Assembly (NCBI GenBank): GCA_963675755.2
Contig: CAXXMD010000002.1
Coordinates: 576,001 to 640,000 of the forward strand
Length of the DNA stretch: 64,000 nucleotides
From: a bacterium
GTDB taxonomy: Bacteria > Zhuqueibacterota > Zhuqueibacteria > Residuimicrobiales > Krinioviventaceae
Reading direction: 5' to 3'
Under the pieces are notes generated by a model that made no database searches, had not been told where the DNA came from, and saw only the letters and a list, made by a program, of their open reading frames with translations. A program made the translations under genes and the position numbers. Positions within the stretch are counted from its first letter, which is position 1. Each line of letters opens with the position of its first letter. Below are positions 48,602-58,957 of this stretch, piece after piece.

Positions 48602-50455
48602 TTGACAATTCAAGAAAAACTTGATAATCTGCCGCGCAAACCCGGCGTTTATTTGTTTCGCGATAAATTTGGTGAGATACTGTACATTGGCAAAGCCAAA
48701 ATTTTGCGAAACAGAGTGCGTTCCTATTTCCAGGCTGGACGAAAACCTGAGCCTAAAATTATGCGGCTTGTTGCTCGCGTTTCCGATATTGAAACAATTG
48801 TAACGGATTCTGAAGTAGAAGCGCTGATCCTTGAAGCAAATCTTGTCAAAGAAAACAAACCCCGTTACAATATTAATTTAAAAGATGACAAGAGTTTTCC
48901 GTTCATTCGTGTAACAAATGAACCTTATCCCAGGATCTTTCCTACAAGAAAGATTATTCAAGATGGTTCAAAATATTTTGGTCCATATACGGATGTATAT
49001 TCTCTGAGGACTTTATTAAAAACAGCTAACAAGATATTTGCTATCAGATCTTGTAATTATAATTTAAATGATCCTGCAATTGAGCAGGGCAAATTCAAGT
49101 TGTGTCTGAATTATCATATAAAACGATGTTATGGTCCCTGCGAAGGACACATATCGCAGGAAGAATATTCTAAAATTATAACCAATGTTATTGATTTTAT
49201 TCAAGGTCACACACAAAAAGTAGAACTGGACCTCAAAAATCGAATTCAACAATTATCCAGTGAATTGCGATTTGAGGAAGCAGCAAGATTGCGAGATCAG
49301 TTACAGTCCATTGAAATCTTTCAACAGCGTCAAAAGATTGTTGATTCTAGCCATATTGATCGAGATATTTTGGCAGTCGCTGTTGATAAAAACGATGCCT
49401 GTTGTGTCGTTTTCAAGGTCCGGGATGGTAAGATTATAGGAAGACAGCATTTTTATATTAATGGTGTCAAAGACGAATCTGAACAAACGATTATTGTTTC
49501 ATTTATGAAGCAATACTATTTAAACAGTGACTATGTGCCTAAAGAAGTCTATGTTCCAAGAGATTTGGATGATAAAGAAACGCTAATCCATTGGTTGAGT
49601 GAAAAACGCCAGAATAAAGTACGAATCATTCATCCGATTCGAGGCGACAAAGCTCATTTATTAAAAATGAGCACAAAAAACGCCAGGTTGCTGCTTGATG
49701 ATTTAAAAATCCAAAAGCAGAAAAAGCGTGATATGGTAGCCGCAGCAGTTACAGCTTTACAGGAATCATTAAAGCTGCCAAAACCACCAAAAAGAATTGA
49801 AGGCTTTGATATCTCCAATATTCAAGGCACAAATCCTGTAGCTTCAATGGTGTGCTTTATCAATGCACAGGCAGCTAAATCAGAATATCGCCGTTTTCGT
49901 ATACGCATCAAAGAGTCTCCTGATGATTTTGCCATGATGCATGAAGCAGTTTACCGGAGATATTCTCGTCTTTTGAGAGAAAATAAACCTTTTCCGGATT
50001 TGATTTTGATCGATGGTGGAAAAGGGCAGTTGTCTGCAGCGGTCAGCGCACTTGAAGAACTGAATATCAAAGATCAGCCAATTATATCTTTGGCAAAACG
50101 TCTGGAAGAAGTATTTGTACCCGGAATACCGGATGCACAACAGATCAAACGTGATTCACCTGCAATAAAACTGTTGCAACGTGTGCGAGATGAATCACAT
50201 CGTTTTGCAGTGACATATCACCGTACTTTGCGTAAAAAACGGACTTTGATCTCTGTACTGGATGAAATTCCGGGTATTGGAAAGTCGAGAAGACAGTTAT
50301 TATTAAAGACATTTGGATCTCTAAAAAATGTCAAAAATGCTTCGGTTTCAGAGTTGTCAAAAGTAGATGGCATTTCTGAATCCATTGCTAAAGAAATTCG
50401 TGAATTCTTTCATCCCAGTGAAAAAGGGATGAATAGTAATGAAAATAATACTTAA
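48602..50455 (+). CDS. uvrC: Excinuclease ABC subunit C
   Basis: PGVYLF..YIGKAK..RVRSYF (GIY-YIG), FEEAARLRD, IEGFDISN, DLILIDGGKGQL, RDESHRFA, HhH. Confidence 0.97.
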   Translation: MTIQEKLDNLPRKPGVYLFRDKFGEILYIGKAKILRNRVRSYFQAGRKPEPKIMRLVARVSDIETIVTDSEVEALILEANLVKENKPRYNINLKDDKSFPFIRVTNEPYPRIFPTRKIIQDGSKYFGPYTDVYSLRTLLKTANKIFAIRSCNYNLNDPAIEQGKFKLCLNYHIKRCYGPCEGHISQEEYSKIITNVIDFIQGHTQKVELDLKNRIQQLSSELRFEEAARLRDQLQSIEIFQQRQKIVDSSHIDRDILAVAVDKNDACCVVFKVRDGKIIGRQHFYINGVKDESEQTIIVSFMKQYYLNSDYVPKEVYVPRDLDDKETLIHWLSEKRQNKVRIIHPIRGDKAHLLKMSTKNARLLLDDLKIQKQKKRDMVAAAVTALQESLKLPKPPKRIEGFDISNIQGTNPVASMVCFINAQAAKSEYRRFRIRIKESPDDFAMMHEAVYRRYSRLLRENKPFPDLILIDGGKGQLSAAVSALEELNIKDQPIISLAKRLEEVFVPGIPDAQQIKRDSPAIKLLQRVRDESHRFAVTYHRTLRKKRTLISVLDEIPGIGKSRRQLLLKTFGSLKNVKNASVSELSKVDGISESIAKEIREFFHPSEKGMNSNENNT

Positions 50456-50481
50456 TTACTATATAAATAGGGAGCACAACC

Positions 50482-51741
50482 ATGTCTGAAAAGATTAACA
50501 AAGTGGTCCTGGCCTATTCAGGCGGATTGGACACATCCATTATTATTCCCTGGTTAAAGGATAACTATGGCTGCGAAGTTGTCGCTTTTGCGGCAGATTT
50601 AGGACAATGTGAAGAATTGGACGGACTAGAAGAAAAAGCCATCGCCACTGGCGCAAGTAAATGTTATATTGAAGATTTACGTAAACCTTTTATTGAAGAA
50701 TATATCTGGCCGACATTGAAAGCCGGTGCTATATATGAAGGTAAATACCTGTTGGGTACATCCTTTGCTCGTCCCATTATTGCAAAACGCCAGGTTGAAA
50801 TTGCGGTTGCTGAAGGCGCAGATGCTGTTGCACATGGTTGTACCGGTAAAGGTAATGATCAGGTGCGTTTTGAGCTTACGTTTAAAGCGTTTAACCCCAA
50901 ATTGCAAGTAATTGCACCTTGGCGTGAATGGGATATCCGTTCCCGTGAAGAAGCTATTGCCTATGCAGAAGAAAAACAAATCCCTATCACAGCTACAAAA
51001 GAAAAAATTTATAGCAACGACCGTAATATTTGGCATATTAGCCATGAAGGTGGAGATCTTGAAGATCCCTGGAATGGCCCCAGAGATGAAATGTTTGTAT
51101 TAACCAATTCTCCTCAGGAAGCACCGGATAAAGAAGAAGTTGTAGAAATTGAATTTGATAAAGGTGTGCCTGTAGCTGTCAATGGTGATCGCTTGGGATC
51201 CGTTCCATTGGTTCAAGAATTGAATAAAATTGGTGGAAAACATGCCATTGGGCGAGTTGATCTTGTAGAAAACCGTCTGGTAGGTATGAAATCACGTGGT
51301 GTTTATGAAACACCAGCCGGATCAATCCTGTATCGTGCACATATGGAGCTTGAAAGCTTGATTTTAGATAAAGATACCATGCATTTCAAAAACATGCTTG
51401 CTCCCAAATATGCTGAATTGGTATATAACGGTCAATGGTTTACTCCTTTGCGTGAAGCACTTGATGCATTTGTTGAAAAAACACAGGAATATGTTTCAGG
51501 TACAGTTCGATTTAGATTGTACAAAGGCAATATTATTTCTGCCGGCGTTAAATCACCTTATTCGCTTTACAGAGAAGAACTTGCTACTTTTGGCGAAGAA
51601 GATGTATATGATCAAATGGATGCTAAAGGATTTATCAATCTTTTTGGTTTACCACTCAAAGTTCGTTCGCTTGTAGAGCTGGATTGGGGTAAGAAACCCA
51701 AATACGAAGAACCTGATTATAGTATATTCAAGAGGGATTAA
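50482..51741 (+). CDS. argG: Argininosuccinate synthase
   Basis: [40 protein letters not shown]. Confidence 0.98.
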   Translation: MSEKINKVVLAYSGGLDTSIIIPWLKDNYGCEVVAFAADLGQCEELDGLEEKAIATGASKCYIEDLRKPFIEEYIWPTLKAGAIYEGKYLLGTSFARPIIAKRQVEIAVAEGADAVAHGCTGKGNDQVRFELTFKAFNPKLQVIAPWREWDIRSREEAIAYAEEKQIPITATKEKIYSNDRNIWHISHEGGDLEDPWNGPRDEMFVLTNSPQEAPDKEEVVEIEFDKGVPVAVNGDRLGSVPLVQELNKIGGKHAIGRVDLVENRLVGMKSRGVYETPAGSILYRAHMELESLILDKDTMHFKNMLAPKYAELVYNGQWFTPLREALDAFVEKTQEYVSGTVRFRLYKGNIISAGVKSPYSLYREELATFGEEDVYDQMDAKGFINLFGLPLKVRSLVELDWGKKPKYEEPDYSIFKRD

Positions 51742-51742
51742 C

Positions 51743-53122
51743 ATGTCTTCTGATCTCAAAATATGGAGTGGGCGGTTTTCGCAGGGTACTGAATCCATTA
51801 TGGAGGAATTCAGCACCTCAATCCATTTTGATAAAGCCATGTTTGATGCTGATATTAAAGTAAACAAAGCCTGGGCCAAAGCATTGGTCCAGGTTAATGT
51901 TTACAGTGAGGACGATGCTAAACTGGTTTGCAGTACACTCGATGATATTCACAAAGATTATCATGACGGCAAGCTTGAATTCGCAAAATCCGATGAAGAT
52001 ATTCATTCTGCAAATGAAAGATGGTTGACTGAACGCCTTGGCGATATTGGCGCTCGCATTCATACCGGCCGCAGTCGTAATGACCAGGTTATTACAGATT
52101 TACGCATATATCTACGTGATCAAATTTCTGATCTGGATACTGCTATCTTGTTGCTACAAAGGGAGTTAGTAGCTTTATCTGAAGCTAATTTTGAAACTGT
52201 ATTTGCAGGCCAGACCCATTTACGTCAGGCTCAACCTGTTTCTTTTGCTCATTACTTGTTGGCCCTGTTTTTCCAGATGCAGCGAAACCGAGATAGACTT
52301 GCGGATTACAAAAAGCGTTTAAACAAGATGCCGCTGGGATCAGGTGCTATTGCCGGAGCCGCATTTGAAATTGACAGACAGGTCCTTGCAAATGAATTGG
52401 AATTTGATGCGCCAACTGAAAATAGCTATGATGCAACATCTGATCGTGATTTTGTTCTCGAGTTGTTGAATATCTGTACGCAGACTATGCTGCATTTATC
52501 GCGAATGGCTGAAGATTTCATTATTTGGTCTTCTGAATCTTTTGGTTTATTAGAAATTGGGGAACAATATTCAACCGGCAGTAGTATGATGCCACAAAAG
52601 AAAAACCCGGATTCACTAGAGCTGATTCGTGGAAAATGTGCACGTGTTATAGGTAATCAGGTAACCGGTTTGACTATGATGAAGGGAATACCTACAGCAT
52701 ATGTTAGAGATTTGCAGGAAGACAAGGAACCGGTATTTGATTCACTGCACCAGACAATACAATGTATTCTGATTAGTAAAGGTGTATTTGAGACATTAAC
52801 AGTAAATTCAGAGCGTATGCTGAATAATCTTGATCCCGCATTGTATGCAACGGATTTGGCTGATTATCTTGTTAAAAAGGGCATACCTTTTAGAAAAGCA
52901 CATTCTATTGTTGGATCTGTGGTTGCACGTGCTGAAAATGACAATATCCCTTTTAATGAACTTGAAATTACAGTTTATCAGGAATATGCTAAAGAATTTG
53001 AACCTGATCTTTATAATTTATTTGATCCTATTAGTGCTATCAATAAGAGAAATATTGAAGGAGGTACCGGAATCAAATCTATTCAGCATCAAATAGATTT
53101 GGCAAAATCCTTTATTGCATAA
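51743..53122 (+). CDS. argH: Argininosuccinate lyase
   Basis: WSGRF, EDIH, HTGRSRNDQ, THLRQAQP, GSSMMPQKKNPD. Confidence 0.98.
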   Translation: MSSDLKIWSGRFSQGTESIMEEFSTSIHFDKAMFDADIKVNKAWAKALVQVNVYSEDDAKLVCSTLDDIHKDYHDGKLEFAKSDEDIHSANERWLTERLGDIGARIHTGRSRNDQVITDLRIYLRDQISDLDTAILLLQRELVALSEANFETVFAGQTHLRQAQPVSFAHYLLALFFQMQRNRDRLADYKKRLNKMPLGSGAIAGAAFEIDRQVLANELEFDAPTENSYDATSDRDFVLELLNICTQTMLHLSRMAEDFIIWSSESFGLLEIGEQYSTGSSMMPQKKNPDSLELIRGKCARVIGNQVTGLTMMKGIPTAYVRDLQEDKEPVFDSLHQTIQCILISKGVFETLTVNSERMLNNLDPALYATDLADYLVKKGIPFRKAHSIVGSVVARAENDNIPFNELEITVYQEYAKEFEPDLYNLFDPISAINKRNIEGGTGIKSIQHQIDLAKSFIA

Positions 53123-53249
53123 GTAATGTAAATTCCGACAGATTAACTGAATTTTCAATTATTGAGAGAAAATTACATTATTTTACAAGTTAAACTGTTT
53201 TGGAATCCTTACATTGTATAATTGTATGATAAACAGTGGAGTTTTCAAT

Positions 53250-54470
53250 ATGAAACGCTGCAATATTTTCGTACTTTTACTTTTGTTATCTTTTCAACCT
53301 GTCTTTTCTGAAATTTTATCCCAATGGCGTGGTCCGGGCCGCGATGGAAAATACCCGGAAACTGGATTATTGAAGCAATGGCCTGCTGCCGGACCCAAAT
53401 TAATTTGGGATTTTGAAGGTATTGGCAATGGTTTTTCTTCTCCTGCGGTAACATCTGATCGGGTTTATGTGTTGGGTGAAATCGATAAAACCGGCTTTTT
53501 ACATGCTTTTGATCATCAGGGAAATCTGTTGTGGAAAATAGCATATGGCCCTTCGTGGACAAAAAGCTATCCGGGTTCACGTTCAATTCCAACAATTGTT
53601 GATGATAAAATTTACTTTACTAGCGGTATGGGTGTTATTTATTGTCTCAATGCCAGTGATGGTAAAACACTTTGGTCTCTTGATTATCTAACTCAATTTA
53701 GTGGTGAAAATTTAATGTGGGGTGTAGCAGAATCTCCACTTGTATATGATAATAAAGTAATTGTAACTCCTGGTGGGAACAAAGCGCTAGTTGCTGCATT
53801 AGACAAGGATACAGGTAAAACATTATGGACCTGTACCGATTTTACTGAAAATTCTGCCTATTGTTCTCCTGTACTTGTTACTCATAATGGCCAACGCACA
53901 ATCTTGACCATGACAGAAAAATCGTTATTAAGCCTGAATCCTGATACGGGTAAGCTAAACTGGCGGCAGGAGCATAAAACAAAATGGGATATTAATCCCA
54001 ATACTCCATATTATTTCGATGGTAAAGTTATTACAAGCAGTGGTTATGGAACTACCGGAACAAACCTGTTTAAAATTGCTGCAAATGGTAAAAGTGCTGA
54101 TTTGGTTTGGAATAATGGTGAATTGGATAGCCAGATTGGTGCTTTTGTTGTGGTAGATGGTTACATGTACGGCTCCGGACATGATAACAGTAATTGGCAG
54201 TGTATTGATATTGCAACAGGTAAAACCATGTATGAATCTGATCAATTGCGTAAAAAAGGCAATATTATATTTGCAGATGGCATGCTTTATTGTTATGATG
54301 AGAATGGACAAGTTGCATTGGTAAAACCGAATCCACAAAAGTTTGAATTGGTCAGCCAGTTTAAAATCACAAAAGGTAATGATCAGCACTGGGCACATAC
54401 AGTAATTAAAAACAAGCGCATGTATATTCGTCATGGAAATGCGCTGATGGTTTATGATATAGGGAAATAA
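53250..54470 (+). CDS. Secreted PQQ-binding-like beta-propeller protein 1
   Basis: Signal peptide, QWRGP.RDG, repeated (A/L)D..TGK..W blades; likely ATG at 53250. Confidence 0.88.
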   Translation: MKRCNIFVLLLLLSFQPVFSEILSQWRGPGRDGKYPETGLLKQWPAAGPKLIWDFEGIGNGFSSPAVTSDRVYVLGEIDKTGFLHAFDHQGNLLWKIAYGPSWTKSYPGSRSIPTIVDDKIYFTSGMGVIYCLNASDGKTLWSLDYLTQFSGENLMWGVAESPLVYDNKVIVTPGGNKALVAALDKDTGKTLWTCTDFTENSAYCSPVLVTHNGQRTILTMTEKSLLSLNPDTGKLNWRQEHKTKWDINPNTPYYFDGKVITSSGYGTTGTNLFKIAANGKSADLVWNNGELDSQIGAFVVVDGYMYGSGHDNSNWQCIDIATGKTMYESDQLRKKGNIIFADGMLYCYDENGQVALVKPNPQKFELVSQFKITKGNDQHWAHTVIKNKRMYIRHGNALMVYDIGK

Positions 54471-54483
54471 GAAAAGGGATATT

Positions 54484-55740
54484 ATGAAAAATTTTAATTC
54501 TATGGTAAGGACAAAACTCATTTTAATATTACTCTTGATGTCAGGTATCGTGATGGCTGATACCTGGGCAGAATTCAGAGGTAATAATCGTGATGGAGTT
54601 TCTACTGAAACCGGTTTGCTTAAATCGTGGCCAGCAAACGGACCCGAGTTGTTGTGGGAAGTCACTGGTTTGGGTGATGGATATTCTTCAGCTGTCATTG
54701 TAAACAATACGATATATGTTACAGGTGCAACTGATAAAAAAGAATATTTATATGCATTTGCTTTGAATGGAAAATTGAAATGGAAACAACAGTACGGTGA
54801 TGTTTGGTATCGCTCTTATCCTGATCCTCGTACCTCACCTACATTTAATGGAAACAGACTGTATGTTGTTAGCGGTATGGGGCAGGTTGTAAGCCTGGAT
54901 GCTGCAACTGGAAAGGTACTCTGGACCGTTGATATGATCAAAACCTTTAATGGTGAATTCCATCGTTGGGGCATTTCTGAATCCCCGGTTGTAGATGGTA
55001 AACATGTATATTGTACCCCTGGTGGCCCTGATGCAACAATGGCTGCTTTGGATAAAAATACAGGCAAAACCGTCTGGGTAACCAAAGGTTTGACTGATGT
55101 CAGTAACTATTGCTCACCCTTGATGATAAAACGTGGTGGAAAAAATATTCTAATGACCCAGGTCGAAAATCATTTTATTGGTGTCGATGCCGCTAATGGT
55201 AAATTACTCTGGAAAGTTGTGGTAAAGGATTTGTGGCCTCAAAACAAATCCATCAATATTAATACACCTCTTTATAAAGACGGTCAGGTTTTTATTACAG
55301 CAGGTTATAACTCTGGCAGTGCCATGTTTGAGTTATCTGCTGATGGTACCAGTATAAAAACACTTTGGGTAGATACTACACTGGATGTTCACCATGGTGG
55401 TGTTATTACTGTGGATGGATACATTTATGGTTCAAACTGGTTGAACAATAATAAAGGAAATTGGGTTTGCCTGGACTGGAAAACCGGTAAAGTCATGTAT
55501 GAAACCGAATGGATCAATAAAGGTGCAATCGTTTATGCTGATGGTATGCTTTATGTCTATGAAGAAAAAGATGGTACAGTTGGAATAGCCAAAGCCACGC
55601 CAGATGGTTTCAATGTTGTCAGTTCTTTTGAATTTACCGCCGGTGGTGGTCCCAATTGGGCACATCCCAGTATTTCAAATGGAGTTTTATATATGAGACA
55701 TGGTGATGTATTACATGCTTATAATATAAAAGCGAAATAA
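54484..55740 (+). CDS. Secreted PQQ-binding-like beta-propeller protein 2 (paralog of the preceding gene)
   Basis: WAEFRG..RDG..ETGLLKSWP..GP, LDAATGKVLW, ESP, YCSP, WAHP. Confidence 0.88.
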   Translation: MKNFNSMVRTKLILILLLMSGIVMADTWAEFRGNNRDGVSTETGLLKSWPANGPELLWEVTGLGDGYSSAVIVNNTIYVTGATDKKEYLYAFALNGKLKWKQQYGDVWYRSYPDPRTSPTFNGNRLYVVSGMGQVVSLDAATGKVLWTVDMIKTFNGEFHRWGISESPVVDGKHVYCTPGGPDATMAALDKNTGKTVWVTKGLTDVSNYCSPLMIKRGGKNILMTQVENHFIGVDAANGKLLWKVVVKDLWPQNKSININTPLYKDGQVFITAGYNSGSAMFELSADGTSIKTLWVDTTLDVHHGGVITVDGYIYGSNWLNNNKGNWVCLDWKTGKVMYETEWINKGAIVYADGMLYVYEEKDGTVGIAKATPDGFNVVSSFEFTAGGGPNWAHPSISNGVLYMRHGDVLHAYNIKAK

Positions 55741-55745
55741 AATTT

Positions 55746-57161
55746 ATGAAGCAGTTTTCTTTACAAATTATAGTAACAATTGTTCTGGTATCAACCGCGT
55801 TTGCAGGATTAGCATGGTGGTTATTTAGTGATCCCACATCTGAATTTTCTGTGAATTTACCCGGAATGGATAATCGCCCGGCTAATCTCAAAAGCGCTGC
55901 TTCCATGGTTGAAATTGGAGAATTTTATCAATGGTTTGATTCTTTAAAAACCGATCTAACCGGTAAATGGCCCCGTTTCCGCGGTAGCAATTTTGATAAC
56001 AAGAGTAAAATGCAGGTTGATGTGGATTGGGGTGACCAGGGACCTCAGATAGCATGGTCTGTTGATCTGGGAGAGGGGCATGCCGCTCCGGCAATCTATA
56101 ACGGCAAAGTCTATTTACTTGACTATGATGAAGCTGAACGGACAGATGTTTTACGATGTTTTTCACTGGAAGATGGTACCGAGTTGTGGCGTCGCTGGTA
56201 CAAAAATCCATTAAAGCGTAATCATGGTATGTCTCGTACGATTCCTGCAGTAAATGAAAAGTATGTAGTTACTATCGGTCCCAATTGTCATGTGATGTGT
56301 GTTGATGCTGATTCCGGAAGTTTCCGCTGGGGAATCAATCTGGTTGACGATTATAATACCAAGGTTCCGCTATGGTATACCGGTCAATGTCCGCTGCTTG
56401 AAGACTCTATTGCTGTAATCGCTCCTGGTGGTAAAGATCTTGTTATTGGTGTGGATTGCGATAGTGGAAAAGTAGTTTGGCGAACTCCGAATCCTAATAA
56501 TTGGGACATGTCTCACTCTTCAATAATGCCCATGACCTTTAACGACAAAAAAATGTATGTCTATTGTGCATTCGGCGGTATTGTCGGGATTTCTGCAGAG
56601 GAGGAAGACAAGGGAACAATCCTTTGGGAGTCTTCTGAATGGAATCCCAATGTTATTGCTCCATCACCAGTAATTCTACCAGATGGGCGCATTTTCGTTA
56701 CTGCCGGATATGGCGCAGGCTCTATGATGTTTCAGCTTGTTTTTGATAATGGTGAATACCGTTTAAACTCACTGGACAAGCTTACACCAAAAGATGGGCT
56801 TGCTTCCGAACAACAAACTCCTATATTATATGATGGACACTTGTTTTGCGTGCTGCCCAAAGATGCCGGCCCGGATCGTAATCAGCTGGTTTGTGTCGAT
56901 CCCGATGATGTTCGATCTTTTGTCTGGACAAGTGGCAAAACGACACGCTTTGGATTAGGCCCATTTATCTTGCTGGATGATAAATTTTTTGTTCTCAGTG
57001 ATGAAGGCGAGTTGACAGTATTAAAAGCGAGTGTGCAATCCTATCAGGAAATTGCCAAAGCAAAAATTCTGGACGGACACGATGCATGGGGTCCCATCGC
57101 TGTAGCTGACCACCGCATGTTGTGTCGTGATTCCAAAAAACTGGTTTGTATAGAATTATAG
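55746..57161 (+). CDS. Membrane-anchored PQQ-binding-like beta-propeller protein 3
   Basis: N-terminal TM, WPRFRG, DGTELWR, DSGKVVW, WGP. Confidence 0.85.
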   Translation: MKQFSLQIIVTIVLVSTAFAGLAWWLFSDPTSEFSVNLPGMDNRPANLKSAASMVEIGEFYQWFDSLKTDLTGKWPRFRGSNFDNKSKMQVDVDWGDQGPQIAWSVDLGEGHAAPAIYNGKVYLLDYDEAERTDVLRCFSLEDGTELWRRWYKNPLKRNHGMSRTIPAVNEKYVVTIGPNCHVMCVDADSGSFRWGINLVDDYNTKVPLWYTGQCPLLEDSIAVIAPGGKDLVIGVDCDSGKVVWRTPNPNNWDMSHSSIMPMTFNDKKMYVYCAFGGIVGISAEEEDKGTILWESSEWNPNVIAPSPVILPDGRIFVTAGYGAGSMMFQLVFDNGEYRLNSLDKLTPKDGLASEQQTPILYDGHLFCVLPKDAGPDRNQLVCVDPDDVRSFVWTSGKTTRFGLGPFILLDDKFFVLSDEGELTVLKASVQSYQEIAKAKILDGHDAWGPIAVADHRMLCRDSKKLVCIEL

Positions 57162-57168
57162 GTTAATC

Positions 57169-58149
57169 ATGAAACCCAAATCCATACAAAACTTGATTAC
57201 TACTTTGATTGTTATTGGTATTATATTAATAATTACCATTGTAGGTTATCGGTCACTTGCGTTTAAACCCGGCCCGGACACATCAGAAAATCCTTATGAA
57301 TACAATATCGATGAATTCAAACATGTACCCGAAAGTTTAAAACACTATAGTGAATTAAGGCCGATAGCTGCAAATAATATAAAAGCAATTGCAATAGATC
57401 ATCAGGATCAACTCTATGTTGTTCAAGATGAATCTCTAATTCGGTACTCTGCTGCGGGAAAACAATTATCGATTTTGGATGTACCTTCTCAGGTACAATG
57501 CATAACTGTGGATTCACAGGGCAAAATCTATCTGGGTGTTCATGATCATGTTCAGATTCTGGATAATGATGGTCGTGCTTTGATGGGCATTGATGCATTT
57601 GATCGTAATTCAATTGTTACCTCTATTGCAGTAACCCCCGAGTTTATTTATATAGCCGATGCCGGCCCTCAACGTGTATTACAATACAATCACAGAGGAC
57701 AACTGGTGAATACGATTGGTGGTAAAGATGAATCCAAAGATATTCCCGGTCTGCTTATTCCAAGTCCCTATTTTGATGTTGCCATTGATCCTGATGGTTT
57801 TTTATGGGTTGCCAATCCTGGTAGAACTCAACTGGAGAATTACACACCTGAGGGTAACCTGAGATCCTTTTGGGGTCAATCCGGCATGGATCTGGAAGGT
57901 TTTAGTGGTTGTTGTAATCCATCTCATATTGCTATTTTATCAGACGGCTCTTTTGTTACCAGTGAAAAAGGATTGGCAAGAATTAAGATACATGATAGAA
58001 CCGGAAAGCTTGTTTCTGTTGTTGCGGGTCCAAAAATGTTTAACACTAATCCTGGAGTGATGGATATAGCTGTTGATTCCAAAGGTCGCATATATGTTGC
58101 TGATCCCAAACGGAATCAGGTACGTATTTTTGAAAAAAGTCAGGTGTAA
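57169..58149 (+). CDS. Membrane-anchored NHL-repeat beta-propeller protein
   Basis: N-terminal TM; NHL blades (IAVDSKGRIYVAD..NQVRIF, VAIDPDGFLWVANPG); GFSGCCNP motif. Confidence 0.82.
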   Translation: MKPKSIQNLITTLIVIGIILIITIVGYRSLAFKPGPDTSENPYEYNIDEFKHVPESLKHYSELRPIAANNIKAIAIDHQDQLYVVQDESLIRYSAAGKQLSILDVPSQVQCITVDSQGKIYLGVHDHVQILDNDGRALMGIDAFDRNSIVTSIAVTPEFIYIADAGPQRVLQYNHRGQLVNTIGGKDESKDIPGLLIPSPYFDVAIDPDGFLWVANPGRTQLENYTPEGNLRSFWGQSGMDLEGFSGCCNPSHIAILSDGSFVTSEKGLARIKIHDRTGKLVSVVAGPKMFNTNPGVMDIAVDSKGRIYVADPKRNQVRIFEKSQV

Positions 58150-58151
58150 AG

Positions 58152-58352
58152 ATGCTTAATCGTCGACAATGGTTCAATAATATTTTCAGATATGGCTTGC
58201 TCGCATTGATAAGCGGTACAGCCGTTTACCTGAGTGCAAGAGATCGCAAAGACAGCTATACTTTGCAGTGCAATGGTGTATGTAAATCGTGTGATTCTGC
58301 TTCAAACTGTGATCTTGTTGAAAAAGAAAATGTATCATCAACTCAAAAGTAA
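58152..58352 (+). CDS. Small Cys-rich protein with twin-Arg-like N-terminus
   Basis: NRRQWF, a hydrophobic helix, and CNGVCKSC..SNC. Confidence 0.7.
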   Translation: MLNRRQWFNNIFRYGLLALISGTAVYLSARDRKDSYTLQCNGVCKSCDSASNCDLVEKENVSSTQK

Positions 58353-58354
58353 AT

Positions 58355-58957
58355 ATGAATATTAAAGATAATAAACCGGTAAACCGCAGACAGTTTATTA
58401 AAAACGGCCTGCATACGACAGCTGCTATAAGTATTGGCGGTTTTGCAGGATATGCAATACAGCGTTCATCTAAATCAGATATGGTTTGGCAGATAGATCC
58501 TGAAAAATGTATTCAGTGTGAAAATTGTGCTACAAAGTGTGTTCTCGCTCCATCTGCTGTCAAATGTGTGCATGCATATGCAATGTGTGGTTACTGTGAT
58601 TTATGCGGTGGCTATCATCGCCCCGGAACCAAAAGACTGGATACAGCTGCTGAAAGTCAACTTTGCCCCACAGGAGCAATACAACGCAAGTTTATTGAAG
58701 ATCCCTATTTTGAATATCGAATTGATGAAGAACTCTGTATCGGTTGCGCCAAATGCGTAAAGGGATGTGGCTCATTTGGCAATGGTTCACTTTTTCTTCA
58801 GGTTCGTCACAATATCTGTGTAAATTGTAATGAATGTGCAATCGCCAAAGCGTGCCCGGCTGATGCGTTTGTCCGTGTGCCTGCTGATAATCCTTATTTA
58901 TTCCGTGGTGAATTCAAGTCCATACAATTGAACGAAGGAAGCGGGGAAGAGGCATAG
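58355..58957 (+). CDS. Tat-signal 4Fe-4S polyferredoxin (NapG/MauM-like position)
   Basis: NRRQFIK Tat motif; CIQCENCATKC, CGYCDLC..CP, CIGCAKCVKGC, CVNCNEC..ACP. Confidence 0.88.
   Translation: MNIKDNKPVNRRQFIKNGLHTTAAISIGGFAGYAIQRSSKSDMVWQIDPEKCIQCENCATKCVLAPSAVKCVHAYAMCGYCDLCGGYHRPGTKRLDTAAESQLCPTGAIQRKFIEDPYFEYRIDEELCIGCAKCVKGCGSFGNGSLFLQVRHNICVNCNECAIAKACPADAFVRVPADNPYLFRGEFKSIQLNEGSGEEA

Noticed and set aside
53123-53230. AT-rich inverted and direct repeats between argH and the propeller operon
   Set aside because: Imperfect and low-complexity; cannot be distinguished from chance, and there is no clear terminator or riboswitch.
53955-54707. 250-aa antisense ORF across two propeller genes
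   Set aside because: Antisense shadow with no recognisable domain; the sense genes are strongly supported.
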